Positions 23,837 to 35,818 of a stretch of DNA of 64,000 nt are shown here, one piece after another. The notes beneath the pieces are model-generated. The model did not search any database. It was not told the DNA's origin and saw nothing but the letters and a program-made list of their open reading frames with translations. This DNA is from an uncultured Planctomycetota bacterium. GTDB taxonomy: Bacteria > Planctomycetota > Planctomycetia > Isosphaerales > Isosphaeraceae. The DNA is taken from the NCBI GenBank assembly GCA_963845755.1, contig CAWJTV010000034.1, positions 32,001 through 96,000 of the forward strand, read 5' to 3'. Positions within the stretch are counted from its first letter, which is position 1, and each line of letters starts with the position of its first letter. Both the position numbers and the translations under genes were made by a program.

Positions 23837-24661
23837 GCCCGGACCGAAACGCGCGACAAGTGAGCCGGACGGATTCGTGCGTGCCTGGACCTGCGGCTTC
23901 AGGAATCTCGGGAAGTGGGGACGCCGCGGGAAACGGTTGGACCGGGCAGACCGCTCGGTCCCGTTTGCACGCCATCGCCTACTTTGGCCTTCCGCGGCCC
24001 GCGCGACCAAGCATCCATGCCGAATCGGGCAGCGGACCGTGCGGCCAGGGGGCGAGGAAAACAATCGGGAATCGGCTCCCCGATCGCCTCGCGACGATAG
24101 GCCGATCCGCGGCGCCACGCATCCTTGCCGCCTGGAATCGACCCTTCTTTTCGGGATTCATTCTCCAATGACCAATGCGTGTAAAAATGAGGATATGAAC
24201 GATTTTTTCACGCAATCACGCTTTAAGCTGATCTTCGTATTGCCGACCATCCGTCGGTTTCCTGCGAGCGATCGTCAAAATACGACGATCCGGGCCGTCC
24301 GTCAACCCTCTCCCGAATTTTTTTCGATAAGGAATCGGAGCATCGGAATCTCGGTTCGACGCGTCAAATTTCGGGCAGCCGGTCGCACCTCGATATCCTC
24401 GGCCGGCATTCCCGGGATCGGCGAGCCAGGAGTTGCGTCGGCCAACAATCCCTGTCAAACTCGGTACCGTGGGGATCGGATCGGTCTCGCAGGAAACGGA
24501 AGGGTTTCCAGAGCCCGGAAAATCGGCCATAATAGACGCTGCACTTTGCCGGCTGTCGGACCCGGTCGTGGAGAGCTTCGCTGGCAGGCAGGGAAAGTCG
24601 GATAGGCGGAACCGGCGAACGATCAGGGGCGGGTCGTGGCGGATCTCGGAGGCCTCGAGCG

Positions 24662-25707
24662 ATGACAGCACGGATCGGATTCGATCATTACACCATCGCG
24701 CACCGGGGATTCACGGCCGAAGCGACCCTGGAGTTCGCCAGGGCCCATCGTTTCGACGGGGTCCAGTTCCTCGAGCCCGCCGCGATCGATCGGTCGCTCG
24801 AGCCCGCTCGGCTCCGGGCGTTCCGCGCCAAGGCCGACGCCATGGGCCTCTATCTGGAGGTGGGCCTCCCGTCGCCGAATCCGGTGCGCCGCTCCCGGGA
24901 GATCGGGAGCGAGGTCTCGCCGGCAGAACTGGCCGTCGAGCTTGGCTCGCACCTCGACGCGCTGAGGGAGCTGGGCTGTGCTCACGCGCGGCTCTATATC
25001 GGCGACCGGCACGATCGTTTCCGGATGGACACGCCGTGGGACCTTCAGATCGCCGCGAGCCTCGCGGTGATCCGGCACCTGACGCCCCTGCTCAAGGAAC
25101 GAGGCATCCGCCTCGCGATCGAGACCCATGGCGACCTGACCGTGGACGAATTGCTCGGCATCGTCGACGCGCTGGATCCCGAGGTCGCCGGCATCACGCT
25201 CGACACGGGGAATCTCCTGATGCGGCTGGACGATCCGCTCACGGCGACCGAGAGGCTGGCCCCCTGGGTGCTGGGAACTCACGTCAAGGACGCCGCGCTG
25301 GAGTTCACCCGCGCGGGTTGTGCTGGCAGGCCCGGCCGATCGGGTCCGGCATCCTGCCGATGCCCGATATGCTGGCCGCGATCCTCCGCCACCGTCCGAC
25401 GATTGCCCTGTCGATCGAGCTTCATCCCCGGACCTACGACCTACCCATCTACGATGCGCGATGGCTGGGCTTCTTCCCCGCGCTGCGTCCGGCGTCCCTG
25501 GCCGCCGTCGTCCACCTGGCGGTCGATTGTGAACGCCGATATGCCGAGGCGTCGCTCGCCCGGCCCGAGGTGATCGAGGCGATTCCCTGGGCGAGTCGCG
25601 ATCTCGACTGGCTCGCCAGCTCCCTCGGCTATCTCCGATCCGTGGTGCCGACCTTGAGCGAGTCCGCGCGCGACCTGGCCGCGACGAACGCGGTCCCTGA
25701 CCGCTGA
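24662..25707 (+). CDS. Sugar phosphate isomerase/epimerase-like TIM barrel, frameshift near 25320
   Basis: LAIETHGD, TLDTGN, THVKDA, IGSGILP, SIELH. Confidence 0.8.
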
Positions 25708-25719
25708 GGCAACCACCCG

Positions 25720-26805
25720 ATGACCGGCACCGCGCCCACCAGAGCCCGAATCGTCTCGCTCGATCAATTCCGCGGCTATACCGTCGCCGGCATGCTGCTG
25801 GTCAACTTCCTCGGCGGGTATCACGCGATCCCGGCCATCCTCAAACATCACAACACGTATTGCAGTTACGCAGACACGATCATGCCCCAGTTCTTTTTCG
25901 CGGTGGGCTTCGCCTACCGCCTCACGTTCCTCCGTCGGCTGGAGATCGAGGGAGCCTGGACCGCCTCCCGGGCCGTCCTGACGCGTTGCGCCGGGCTGAT
26001 CCTCCTGGGTTTCGTCATCTACCATATCGACGGCAAGGTCTCGACGTGGAATGAGTTGCAGCAGTTGAGCTGGGGCGATCTGGTGTCGCGCGCATTCCGC
26101 CGAGAGCTCTTTCAGACGCTGGTCCACATCGCCGTGACATCGCTCTGGGTCCTGCCGGTGATCGCCGCCGGGACGATTCCCCGCCTGATGTTCCTGCTCG
26201 CCTCGGCGGGCCTCCATTTGTGGCTGTCCTCCGTCTTCTATCACAACTGGGCCTGGGCGCCCCCCCGCGTGATCGATGGCGGCCCGCTCGGCTTCCTGAC
26301 CTGGACCATTCCGCTGCTCGTCGGCTCGATGGCCTATGACGCCATGGCCGGAACCGACAGCCTGAGGCTCCCCATCGGCAAACTCGTGCTCTGGTCCGGC
26401 CTCCTGATGCTAGCCGGCTACGCAATTGCATGCGCAGGGGGCCGTTGGGCATCGCCGCCGTTTGTCCCGCCCCCCGAAGGCCGGGCGGTCGATCTCTGGA
26501 CGATGTCCCAGCGCACCGGCAGCGTCTCGTACCTCACGTTCGCATCAGGTTTCTCGCTGGCAGTTTATGCCTTGTTCGTGGTGCTGTCCGACCGGGGCAG
26601 TTATCGGAGTGCAATCTTCCGAATCTACGGACAGAATGCACTGGCGGCATACATCCTTCATCCCATGGTGGCTGCTGCCGTCAAGCCGTATGTCCCCAAC
26701 GATGCTCCGCTCTGGTACGTCGCTGCGGGCTTTGGCCTCTACTTCGCCATCTGCACGCTGTTCATTCGCTACCTGGAACAGCACAAGATCTTTCTTCGGC
26801 TCTGA
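25720..26805 (+). CDS. Heparan-alpha-glucosaminide N-acetyltransferase-like membrane acyltransferase
   Basis: RIVSLDQFRGYTVAGMLLVN, ADTIMPQFFFAVG, YGQNALAAY. Confidence 0.8.
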   Translation: MTGTAPTRARIVSLDQFRGYTVAGMLLVNFLGGYHAIPAILKHHNTYCSYADTIMPQFFFAVGFAYRLTFLRRLEIEGAWTASRAVLTRCAGLILLGFVIYHIDGKVSTWNELQQLSWGDLVSRAFRRELFQTLVHIAVTSLWVLPVIAAGTIPRLMFLLASAGLHLWLSSVFYHNWAWAPPRVIDGGPLGFLTWTIPLLVGSMAYDAMAGTDSLRLPIGKLVLWSGLLMLAGYAIACAGGRWASPPFVPPPEGRAVDLWTMSQRTGSVSYLTFASGFSLAVYALFVVLSDRGSYRSAIFRIYGQNALAAYILHPMVAAAVKPYVPNDAPLWYVAAGFGLYFAICTLFIRYLEQHKIFLRL

Positions 26806-26878
26806 GACCCGTGTGAGACGCCATCACGAGGTTCGGGAGGATGCTCACACAGGCCTTGAGCGGCCCCCCTCCGGCGGC

Positions 26879-28118
26879 TCACCAGAGCTCGTCCTCCAAC
26901 TCGTGGGGAGCTTCCTCCTGCATCGCCTCGGCCTGGAGGGCGAGCCGGCTTCGGAGGGTCTCCAGGGATTCCGGGAGCGTTCCTTCGGGGAACTGGCCGA
27001 GGACCTTGAGTCCCTGTATCGGCCGGTTCAGCTTTTGGATGAGGATCTGGGCGAGCTTCAGGCGGACGCGCGGTGAGGGCTCCGCCTGCTTGCTGACATA
27101 GTCGCGCATGACCAGAACGGCGTCGTCCCATCGGTCTTCTTCCAGCAGGGCTTCGATCAGGTCGCGGCAGTCGCGCTCCGTTGGCTGCCAGCCGGAGGCG
27201 GACCGACTCCACTTCCGGTAAACCGCCAGGGCCGCCTCCACCTCGCCAAGATCGAGATGCTGGCGCAACACCCGCAGAGCGCCCGGCCGATGGGTCCTCC
27301 ACCGATCGCACCGCCGATTTCCCCTTCTCGCCCCGTTTCTTGCGAGTCTTGGTCGGTGTTGCGTATTCGACCGCGACCGGACGACTCACCCGCCGCGCCC
27401 GCTTCGCCTGCTTCCGGGATTGTCCGGCCCGCTTCTCCAGCACGGCTAAGAGGTCCCAGTTCTCGCAATCGACCCGCTTGAACTTGAGGAACAGCACGCC
27501 CACCACGAAACCCAGGATCGCGCCGAAGGTGTGGTCCAGGGCGAGCGCCACGATGACGCCGGGCGATCGATCCGTGACGTTGGCCATGACGACGCCCGAC
27601 ATCCCCGAGGTGAGCACATCCATCACGATATAGAGCACCGCGAACCACAGGATCGACAGGTCGATCTCCATCGGGGTGAAACGCAACCACAGGATGCAAG
27701 TCACTTCATTCCGCGGCGCCCAGACCAGGCAGATTGCCAGGAGACCGAAAATCACCGTCGATGCACCCATCATCGCGATCGAATGCTCGCTCGGCACCAG
27801 GATCTGCATCGCGGCGCTCTCCGTGACGCCCAGGAACAAGTAGACGAGCGTGAAGACGATCCAACCGATCTTTCCCTCCACCACGAACCCGAAGGTCCAC
27901 AGGAAGACCATGTTGCCGGCCAGATGGAAGAACCCCGTGTGCATGAAGAGATTGGTGAGCCACTGGGCCGGATGTACCCCATCCCCGAGAACGAGTGCCC
28001 AGTCTTTATACGCGCCCGAGGGAAACAGGAAGAACGCCAGCACGTTGAGCACGATCAACGCGATCGTGGCCACCGGGCGGTGGTAGATCGGCGCATCAGT
28101 GCCCCAGGGGATGATCAT
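26879..28118 (-). CDS. Rhomboid family intramembrane protease with C-terminal TPR-like region, frameshift near 27280
   Basis: FMHTGFFHLAGNM, MGAS, DHTFG. Confidence 0.85.
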
Positions 28119-28135
28119 CGCGACTCTCGGAAGGA

Positions 28136-28909
28136 TCACCAGTACTTATAGTCACCCGAGACGATCACGTAGATCCCCAGGGCGAGGTTGGCGACGACAT
28201 GACTCACCACGCAAGCGCTCAGCGACTTCGTTTGCCAGAGCAGCCACGCCCAGAGGAAGCCGGTCAAGAGGGCCGGCAGCCACTCGGGGTGGGCCAGGGC
28301 GAACAGCACCGACGACACGACCGCCGCCATCAGCGTGACGCGCCCGATCGGCACGCTCTGAAAATCCTGGTCGATCAGCCAGCGGATCAGGAACGAACGC
28401 CAGAAGAGTTCCTCGATCAGCGGGACCAGCACGGCGAGTCCCAGCATCCTGACCCCGATAAAGGCCCAGCGGAACCCGGTCGAGAGTTGGCGGGGGTCGA
28501 ACGCCGTGCGCTGGCCCATCCCGGGAATTGCGGGGTAATGGTCGTCGAGACCGACCCACAGCCCGATGACCAGCAACCCGGTAACCGTGGCCAGGCCAAG
28601 GCTCGGGAAACTCGGGAACGGCCGCAAGTCCTTCCAGGTTGCCCGATACCACCAGGCGGACGCCGCGACGAGTGCGACCTTCGCCGCATACGCCATCGGA
28701 TACCAGAAGGGACTTGGTTGCTTATCCACCTGGGGGAGATAGCCTTCCACACCGCTCAAGGTCACATAGGCGAAGATGGGTACCAGATAGGGGAGAATCG
28801 CCGGCAACTCCGCGATGGGCCGTTGTTTCGCCGGATTCTCGGACGGGGATTCACGGTCGGCTGTTCCTGAGGCGGCGCCGGGGATCGGAGATTCGTGCTC
28901 GCGATTCAT
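28136..28909 (-). CDS. CAAX prenyl protease-related (CPBP) membrane protein
   Basis: VPLIEELFWRSFL, FALAH, SHVVANL. Confidence 0.88.
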   Translation of the reverse strand: MNREHESPIPGAASGTADRESPSENPAKQRPIAELPAILPYLVPIFAYVTLSGVEGYLPQVDKQPSPFWYPMAYAAKVALVAASAWWYRATWKDLRPFPSFPSLGLATVTGLLVIGLWVGLDDHYPAIPGMGQRTAFDPRQLSTGFRWAFIGVRMLGLAVLVPLIEELFWRSFLIRWLIDQDFQSVPIGRVTLMAAVVSSVLFALAHPEWLPALLTGFLWAWLLWQTKSLSACVVSHVVANLALGIYVIVSGDYKYW

Positions 28910-28923
28910 GGGACCCTCACTGG

Positions 28924-29577
28924 TCAACGGTTTTCGAAGAGACGCAGCAGTGCCGGGTCATCCAGGCGGGGAACGACTAGGACCGCGGTCGTCAGCCCTT
29001 CGGCAGGACTATGCTCGTGCGGGACGCCGACGGCGATGGCGCCGGCCCCGACTGCGGCGGCCAGCCCGGCGGGGCTGTCTTCCAGGACCAGCAGCGCGGC
29101 CGACGGCACGCCGAATCGTTCAGCGGCCAGCCGGTAGATCTCCGGATCCGGCTTGCCACGAGTCACATCCTCCGAAGCCAGCACGAATTCGAACCGATCC
29201 TTCAGCCCGTGGCGGGTCAGGAGCCGGTCCGCGTACGAATGGCTCGACGACGTGGCGACCGCCAGGGGTAGCCGATGCTGCCTCAGCCGATCGAGCAGGA
29301 CATACAACCCGGGCGTCGGATGCACGGCGGTATCCATCTCCGCGTAGAACCGATCCTTCACTTCGGCCTGAAGCCGCTCCACCGGCTCTTCCAGGCCGGT
29401 CATCGCCTTGAGGACGTGCGCGACTTCCGCCGACCGCCGGCCGATCAATGCCCGCATGATCTCGGGCGTGAATCGCTTTCCCCGCGACTCCAGCACTTCC
29501 GAGGAGACCCGAAAAAACAGGGCCTCCGTGTCGAACATCAACCCGTCCAGATCAAAGACCACAGCCCGAATCGTCAT
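28924..29577 (-). CDS. HAD family phosphatase
   Basis: FDLDGLMFDTE, ATSS, KPDPEIY, LEDS. Confidence 0.92.
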   Translation of the reverse strand: MTIRAVVFDLDGLMFDTEALFFRVSSEVLESRGKRFTPEIMRALIGRRSAEVAHVLKAMTGLEEPVERLQAEVKDRFYAEMDTAVHPTPGLYVLLDRLRQHRLPLAVATSSSHSYADRLLTRHGLKDRFEFVLASEDVTRGKPDPEIYRLAAERFGVPSAALLVLEDSPAGLAAAVGAGAIAVGVPHEHSPAEGLTTAVLVVPRLDDPALLRLFENR

Positions 29578-30021
29578 GCTGCTCCTCGACGACATGAATG
29601 CGAAGGCTCGGCTCCACTCGTTCTCGCCTCATCATGACAGAGTCTAGCAACTCGATGGCCATCATGCTCCTGTTTCCTCGTGGCTCGTAGGTCTGGAAAG
29701 TCTGACCTAACGCGGCCTTCGGCCGCACCCAAAGAGGGATTCCGGATTCGCGATTCCGGATTCCCGATGGGGAATGATCCGGGAATCCGGAATCGCGAAT
29801 CCGGAATTCGGAATCCCCAGAGGCGCGACGCGGCGAGGGATCCTACGGAGGACGAATCTAACGCGGCCTTCGGCCGCACCCAAAGAGGGATTCCCGATTC
29901 GCGATTCCGGATTTCCGATGGGGGATGATTCCGGAATCGGGAATCTCGAATCCGGAATTCGGAATCCCCAGAGGCGCGCACGGCGAAGGGATCCTCCGGG
30001 GGAGAACTCTAACGCGGCCTT

Positions 30022-31480
30022 GGAACGCCGACGAAATAACATCCCCATTTCAGGGTGCCAAACTGCTGTTCGCCATGAGAACCTAGGTAAGATAGGAAGA
30101 TCCAGGCTGTTCCTGGGGCGCGACCCGTCTGCCTCCCCGCGATGTCGGTTTTCGGAGGGCCCTTCTGGTCCCGGGGGGCGTGCGGTGGTATAGCGAGGAT
30201 TGTTCCGTATCTGGGTCTTTAGCCGGAGGCCAATCATGTCGCCTTATTCCCCGGACGTCGAGCGGACCATGAGAGCATTCTACCATTCCTTGCGCGAGAA
30301 TGATCGGCGACGGTATGCGGCGGTCGAGGCGGCCAAGTTGGGTCACGGCGGGGTCGAGTACATCGCCAAGGTCTTGGGCGTCGATCCCAAGACCATTCGT
30401 CACGGCCAGCGCGACCTCGAGGATCTCCCCGCCGAACCCGCTCCGCAGGTCCGCCAGCCCGGCGGGGGGCGGAGACGGCGGCTCGATCAAGACCCCGAGA
30501 TCACCAACAACTTCCACAAGGTCCTCCTCGATCGCACCGCCGGCAGCCCAACCGCGGAGTCCCTGATCTGGACCAACTTGACCAAGATCGAAATCGCAGG
30601 TGGCATGCGAGAGTGTGGAAGCTTTGTCAGTGTGCATATCGTCAGCCAACTGCTCGATCAGGAAGGTTTCCATGAACGCAAAGCCCTGCGCATGGAACCG
30701 CTGAGCCGCCACCCCGAGCGAGACCACCAATTCCAGACGATCGGCCGGCTCAAGGGGGAATACCTCGACTCCCCCACCCGGTCCTGAGCATGGACCTGAA
30801 ATCCCGAGAACGGCTCGGCAACTTCTTCCGCGCCGGCACGCTCCAGACGCGACAGACGATCCGGGTGTTCGACCACGACTTCGACGAGTTCGCCGAGGGA
30901 TTCGTGTTGCCCCACGGGATCTACGACCTCAAGCAGAATCGCGGATACATCCACCTAGGCACGAGTCATGATACCAGCGAATTCGCATGCGACTGCGTCA
31001 AGGACTGGTGGGACCGATTCGGCAACGCGGTCTACCCGCAGGCGACGTCGCTGCTGCTGCTCTGCGATGGCGGCGGGAGCAACCCGGCGGACAACGACCG
31101 CTACCAGCAGCACTTGTTCCGGGCCGACTTGCAACGCCTGGCCAACGACCTGGAGTTGGAGATCCGGGTGGCGCACTATCCGCCGTACGCCTCGAAGTTC
31201 AACCCGATCGAACATCGCCTGTTCCCCCACCTGACGCGGGTCTGCAAGGGCGTCATCCTGCACAACATCGACTGGGTCGCCGAACTGATGAGGAAAGCCA
31301 CGACGCGGACGGGCCTGACGGTTCAAGTTGACATCCTGGACAAGGTCTATCAACTCGGCCGAAAGGTCAGCGAAACCGCCAAGGATGCCGTGAAGCTGCT
31401 CCGGGACGCCATCCTGCCACGCTGGAACTACCGCATTTTACCCAATGTGTGAAGTCGGGAAGTTATTTCGTCGGTGTTCC
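30022..31480 (+). mobile_element. ISAzo13-family insertion sequence
   Basis: TIRs GGAACGCCGACGAAATAAC / GTTATTTCGTCGGTGTTCC (18/19) flank a transposase. Confidence 0.9.
30236..31452 (+). CDS. ISAzo13-family DDE transposase, frameshift near 30775
   Basis: RRRYAAVEA, HGIYD, SHDTSEFA, CDGGGSN, HYPPYASKFNPIEHRLF. Confidence 0.9.
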
Positions 31481-31714
31481 TCGGCCGCACCCAGGGAGGG
31501 ATTCCCGATTCGAGCCTCCGGTTACACGAGGGGGATGATTCCGGAATCGGGAATCTCGAATCCGGAATTCGGAATCCCCAGAGGCGCGGCACGGCGGCAG
31601 GGATCCCTACGGGGGAGAACTCTAAGGATTTCCCCCGCGCGGTATAAAAGTGAAACGAGAACTCCCATTTCCAGTCTCTACATCCTCAGAGCGAAACGTT
31701 CAGGGGAGCCAGCC

Positions 31715-33917
31715 ATGGCCAGCGGCGAGGTTGGGGTCGTTCTCAAGAGCATGGAAACCCTCTTCAGCGAGGGAACGGCCGTAGGGCTGACAGACGTCCA
31801 GTTGTTGGACCGGTATGTTGGGCCGAGCGATCACGGCGCCGAGGCGGCATTCACGGTCCTGGTGAAGCGGCACGGCCCGATGGTGCTTCGGCTCTGTCGG
31901 GGCGAGTTGAATGATATGCATGCGGCTGAGGATGCGTTCCAGGCCACGTTCTTGATCCTGGCGCGGAAGGCTCGCTCGATCCGCAAGGTCGAATCGCTGG
32001 CGAGCTGGCTCTACGGCGTGGCTCGGCGGGTTGCCCGGCGGGCGCGACTCGATCGGGTGCGGCGCGTTGCGTACGAGCGGCGAGGTGCACTCATGGTGGG
32101 CCATCCCTCCCGCATGGAGCCGCGAACCGTCCGAGCTGGTCCCGGAGATCCAGGAGGAAGTCGATCGACTGCCGGGGAAATACCGCGAGCCGATTATCCT
32201 CTGCTACCTCGAAGGCCTGACTCACGAGGAAGCGGCGAGCCAGCTCCGGATCCCGGTGGGTACGGTCAAGATCCGACTATCGCGGGGACGAGACCGGCTG
32301 CGCGGTCGGCTCGTCCGCCGTGGGTTGGCCCCGACTCTGGTCGCCTCGGCCCTCTCGACCTCGACCCGAGGCGCCGTGCCCGTTCCCCTGCTGGACCTGA
32401 CGGTCAAGGCCGCGATGCAAGTCGCGGCGGTCCGGGCGGCCGGCGTTTCCGTCGCCGTCACCGCCCTCGTCGAAGGAGTCCTCCGAGCCATGTTCCTCTC
32501 CAAACTCAGAACGATCGCCGCCTTTGTAGCGACCTCCATCACCCTGATCGCGACCTCACTGCTGGTCGTCTCGGCGATGTCTCGGCCGGTCCGGTCGGAC
32601 CAGGGGCCCGATCCCTCGAAAACCCGTGAGGTGTTGCAGCCTCGCCCGAAGGCTGCGGCCACTCCGACTCCGGACAAACCGGAAGTCGAGAAAACCTTCA
32701 CCGTCAAGAAGTCGGTCTTTCATCGGACGACGAGGCAACCGGCGCGCGTCGAGGCGTTCCAACTGGTCAACGTGTATCCCAAGGCTTCCGGCGAGCTGAG
32801 CAAACTGAACGTCGATATCGGCGATGTCGTCAAGAAGGGCCAGATTCTGGCGACGATCGATTCGCCCGATCTGCGTTACGAATTCGACAAGGCGAGGGCC
32901 AGGGTGAGACAGGCCCAGGTACGAATCAAGATGTCCGAGACCAAGATCCGAGAGGCGGAGGCCGGATTGAAGACGGTACAAGCACAGATCGCGGCTGCGG
33001 AGGCTGGAGTGAACGAGATGGAGGCAGCCCAAGCCTTTCGCGAGAAACAGCTCAAACGGATCAAGGATCTGGTCGAGCGGCACGCCGTCGAGGAGCGGCT
33101 GGCCCTGGAGGAGGAAGACCACTTGAGAGCGGCTCAGGCCGCAACGGTCTCGGCCAAGGTCAAGGTGACCCTCGAGAGGGCCGGGCTGGAGAGAGCGAGA
33201 GCCATAATCGATTCGGCCAGGTCCGAGCACATGGAAGCTGAGGAGTATCTCCCCCTCGTCAGGGCGGACTCGAATAAGGCCGAGACGGCGGTCAATTCCT
33301 GCGCGATCCTCTCCCCGATCGATGGCGTCGTGACCCGACGCAATTACCACGTCGGCGAGTTCGCCCGTACCGCTGCGATGGGCGGCTCGGAACCACTGGT
33401 CACGATCGTTGAGGCGAACAAGCTGCGCGTCGTGGTCTGGATACTCGATCAGGACGCGGTCCTGCTCAACAACGGCGATGCCGTGACCCTCCGGGCGGAC
33501 GCGCGGAGTGACCGCGAGTACAAGGGGACGATCTCACGAACCGCGGTCGCTGAGGATCCGACCACGAAGTCCGTTCGCGCCGAGATCGACCTGGACAATT
33601 CCGACGGCAGCCTGAGGCCAGGCCAGGCGGCGAGTGTCACGGTCAATCTCGAGGATTATCCCGATGTGATCACGATCCCGCAGACCGCCCTCTTTGATCC
33701 CAACCCAGGCAACGGGCCCCTGTGCTGCTATCGCGTCGTAGACGGCCGCACGGTTCGTACGCCGATCAGGATTGGAGCGGTCGATTCCGGCGTGGTCGAG
33801 ATTCTGGACGGCTTGAAAGAGGGGGATACCATCTTTCCCGACTGGACGGTCGTCAAGGACCCCGAACGGAAAGGTGGTCTACAGGGTAACGGCCCGATGC
33901 CCGCGCCGAACTCGTGA
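31715..33917 (+). CDS. ECF sigma factor fused via a TM helix to an RND-type periplasmic adaptor (MFP), frameshift near 32125
   Basis: LVKRHGPMV, AEDAFQATFL, LCYLEGLTHEEAA, GTVKIRLSRGR; then DIGDVVKKGQILA, ILSPIDGVVTRRN, LRPG. Confidence 0.85.
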
Positions 33918-33949
33918 CGGTCGTCGAGGACCCCGAACGGAACGGTGGT
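33845..33949 (+). repeat. Direct repeat of ~34 bp at 71-bp period
   Basis: gacggtcgtcaaggaccccgaacggaaaggtggt vs gacggtcgtcgaggaccccgaacggaacggtggt. Confidence 0.85.
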
Positions 33950-34146
33950 TCATAGTCGGCCCCTGGCCATTTCCCGTTCGCCCCCTCTCCTCAAGCGTCA
34001 AGATTCGCCTCGCGCCTGGCCGATAACGGCACGGAGGGCGGCTGGTCCGGTCTGAGCCGGGGACGGCCACGATTGCGTCCATCTTCTCAGCTTCATCCCG
34101 CTGGGCTTCCGCTTCTTCTCCGTGGGACCCGACCATCAGAGCCGCG

Positions 34147-35611
34147 ATGGAAGTCGCGGTGGTCCGGGCGGCCGCCCTCGCCGCCCTTGTCGAAGGAGCC
34201 CTCCGAGCCATGGTCTCCTCGAAGTTCCTGGTGATCGCCGCCTTCGCGGCAACGTCCCTGACCGTGATCCTGACATCACTTCTGGTGATCTCCGCCTCGG
34301 GGCGGCCGGTCCGGTCGGACCAGGGTCCCGCGCCCATCCGGACGGGGATCGTGGCGAGGGCTCCTCGGAAGGACGCGTCGACTCAGGACGCGGACGAATC
34401 GGAGACCGAGTCCATCGTCACGGTGAAGCGGTCGGACTTCCGCCGGACGACGACGCAGCCGGGGACCGTGCGACCTTCCCAACTTGTCGACGTGTATCCC
34501 AAGGTTCCCGGCGAGTTGACGAGCCTCTCGATCGACATCGGCGATCCGGTCCGGCGGGGACAGGTGGTGGCCGTGATCGACGCGCCCGAGGTCCGTGCCG
34601 AACTGGGGAAGAGCCAGGCGATGGTGGAGCTGGCCCAGGCGCGAGCCCATCGAGTCGGGGCGGCCGTCCGGGTCGCCGAGGCGATGCTGAGGTCGGAACG
34701 GGCGAAGGTGGATGTGGCCGCCGCCGAGTTGAAGAGTAGCGACACGGTTCGAGCCCGTCGCGTGATGGAGCGGATACGAGTCAAAGAGCTATCCGATCGG
34801 AACACGGTGGAGCGCCGGGTGCTCGCGGAAGAAGATAAATGGCTGGAGTCCGCCGAGGAGATGCTCCTGGCCAAGAAGGCCCTGCTCGCCGTCGCCAGGG
34901 CCGACGTCCAGGCCGCCGAGGCCAGGGTGGAGGCGGCCCGAGCCGAGCTGGACGAAGCTCGGGCCGATGTCCGACTTGCCGAAGCGAGCCAGGCCGGTGC
35001 CGAGATCCAGGCCGGCGCCGCGGCGTCATCGCCCCGATCGATGGCATCGTCACCCGCCGCAATTACCACGTCGGCGCAGGCCGTCGGGACCGCGGCGACG
35101 GGCGGCTCGCAGCCCCTCCTCACGATCGTTCAGGCGAGCCAGGTCCGCGTCGTGGTCCGGATCCCTCACGCGGACGCCGTCCTCCTCGACAAAGGCGATC
35201 CCGTGACGTTCCGGCCGGACGCTTTCGACGATCGCGAGTACCAGGGAACGATCTCACGGACCGCGGTCGCCGAGGAACAAGGGAGCGTCCAGGCCGAGAT
35301 CGACCTGAACAACGCCGACGCCCAGCTCAGGCCGGGCGAGGCGGGCTGCGTCACCGTGACTCTCGAGGCGCACCCCGATGCGCTCACCATCCCGGTCGAG
35401 GCGATTCTCGGCCGGCGCGACGGAACCGATGGTCTATTGAGCTGCTATCGCATCGCGGACGGACTGCGCCGTCAGGACGACGATCCGACTCGGGATGATC
35501 AATCGGGACAGCGGCATCGCCGAGGTGCTCGACGGCTTGAACGAGGGAGACGCCATCGTCCCCAACGGGAGGATCGTCGCGGACCACAACCAGGAATACC
35601 CACAGCGGTGA
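34147..35611 (+). CDS. RND-type periplasmic adaptor, paralogue of the upstream fusion lacking the sigma domain (frameshifted)
   Basis: ALVEGALRAM...RPVRSDQGP shared with the upstream gene; IAPIDGIVTRRNYHVG in an alternate frame. Confidence 0.75.
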
Positions 35612-35690
35612 GTCCGCGCCCCGCTTCTGAGCGTCCAACGGCCCTCGTCCACGGCCGGGCTCGTTCGAGAAATGCCGTACCAGCCCGCGC

Positions 35691-35738
35691 AAAAAGCCCC
35701 TCGCGACCGCATCCGACGGTCGGGAGGGGCTTGTCTTT
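35691..35738. terminator. Bidirectional hairpin terminator
   Basis: aaaaagcccctcgcgaccg...cggtcgggaggggcttgtcttt between convergent genes. Confidence 0.6.
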
Positions 35739-35818
35739 GCTTCGTGTCTCGTTCCGGAAGCCGATCGGAACACGTCGGCGACCTGGCCGGAGGCCCCTGC
35801 CAGGGGGCGCGGCAGGCA

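Larger units (their letters stand above)
29707..31625. repeat. Tandem array of 151-bp palindromic units; the third unit is split by an IS
   Basis: Units start at 29707, 29858 and 30009 with ctaacgcggcctt; unit 3 resumes at 31481; internal GATTCCG/CGGAATC heptamers. Confidence 0.92.

Noticed and set aside
29707..30021. CRISPR array
   Set aside because: Whole 151-bp units are repeated with no unique spacers, and there are no cas genes.
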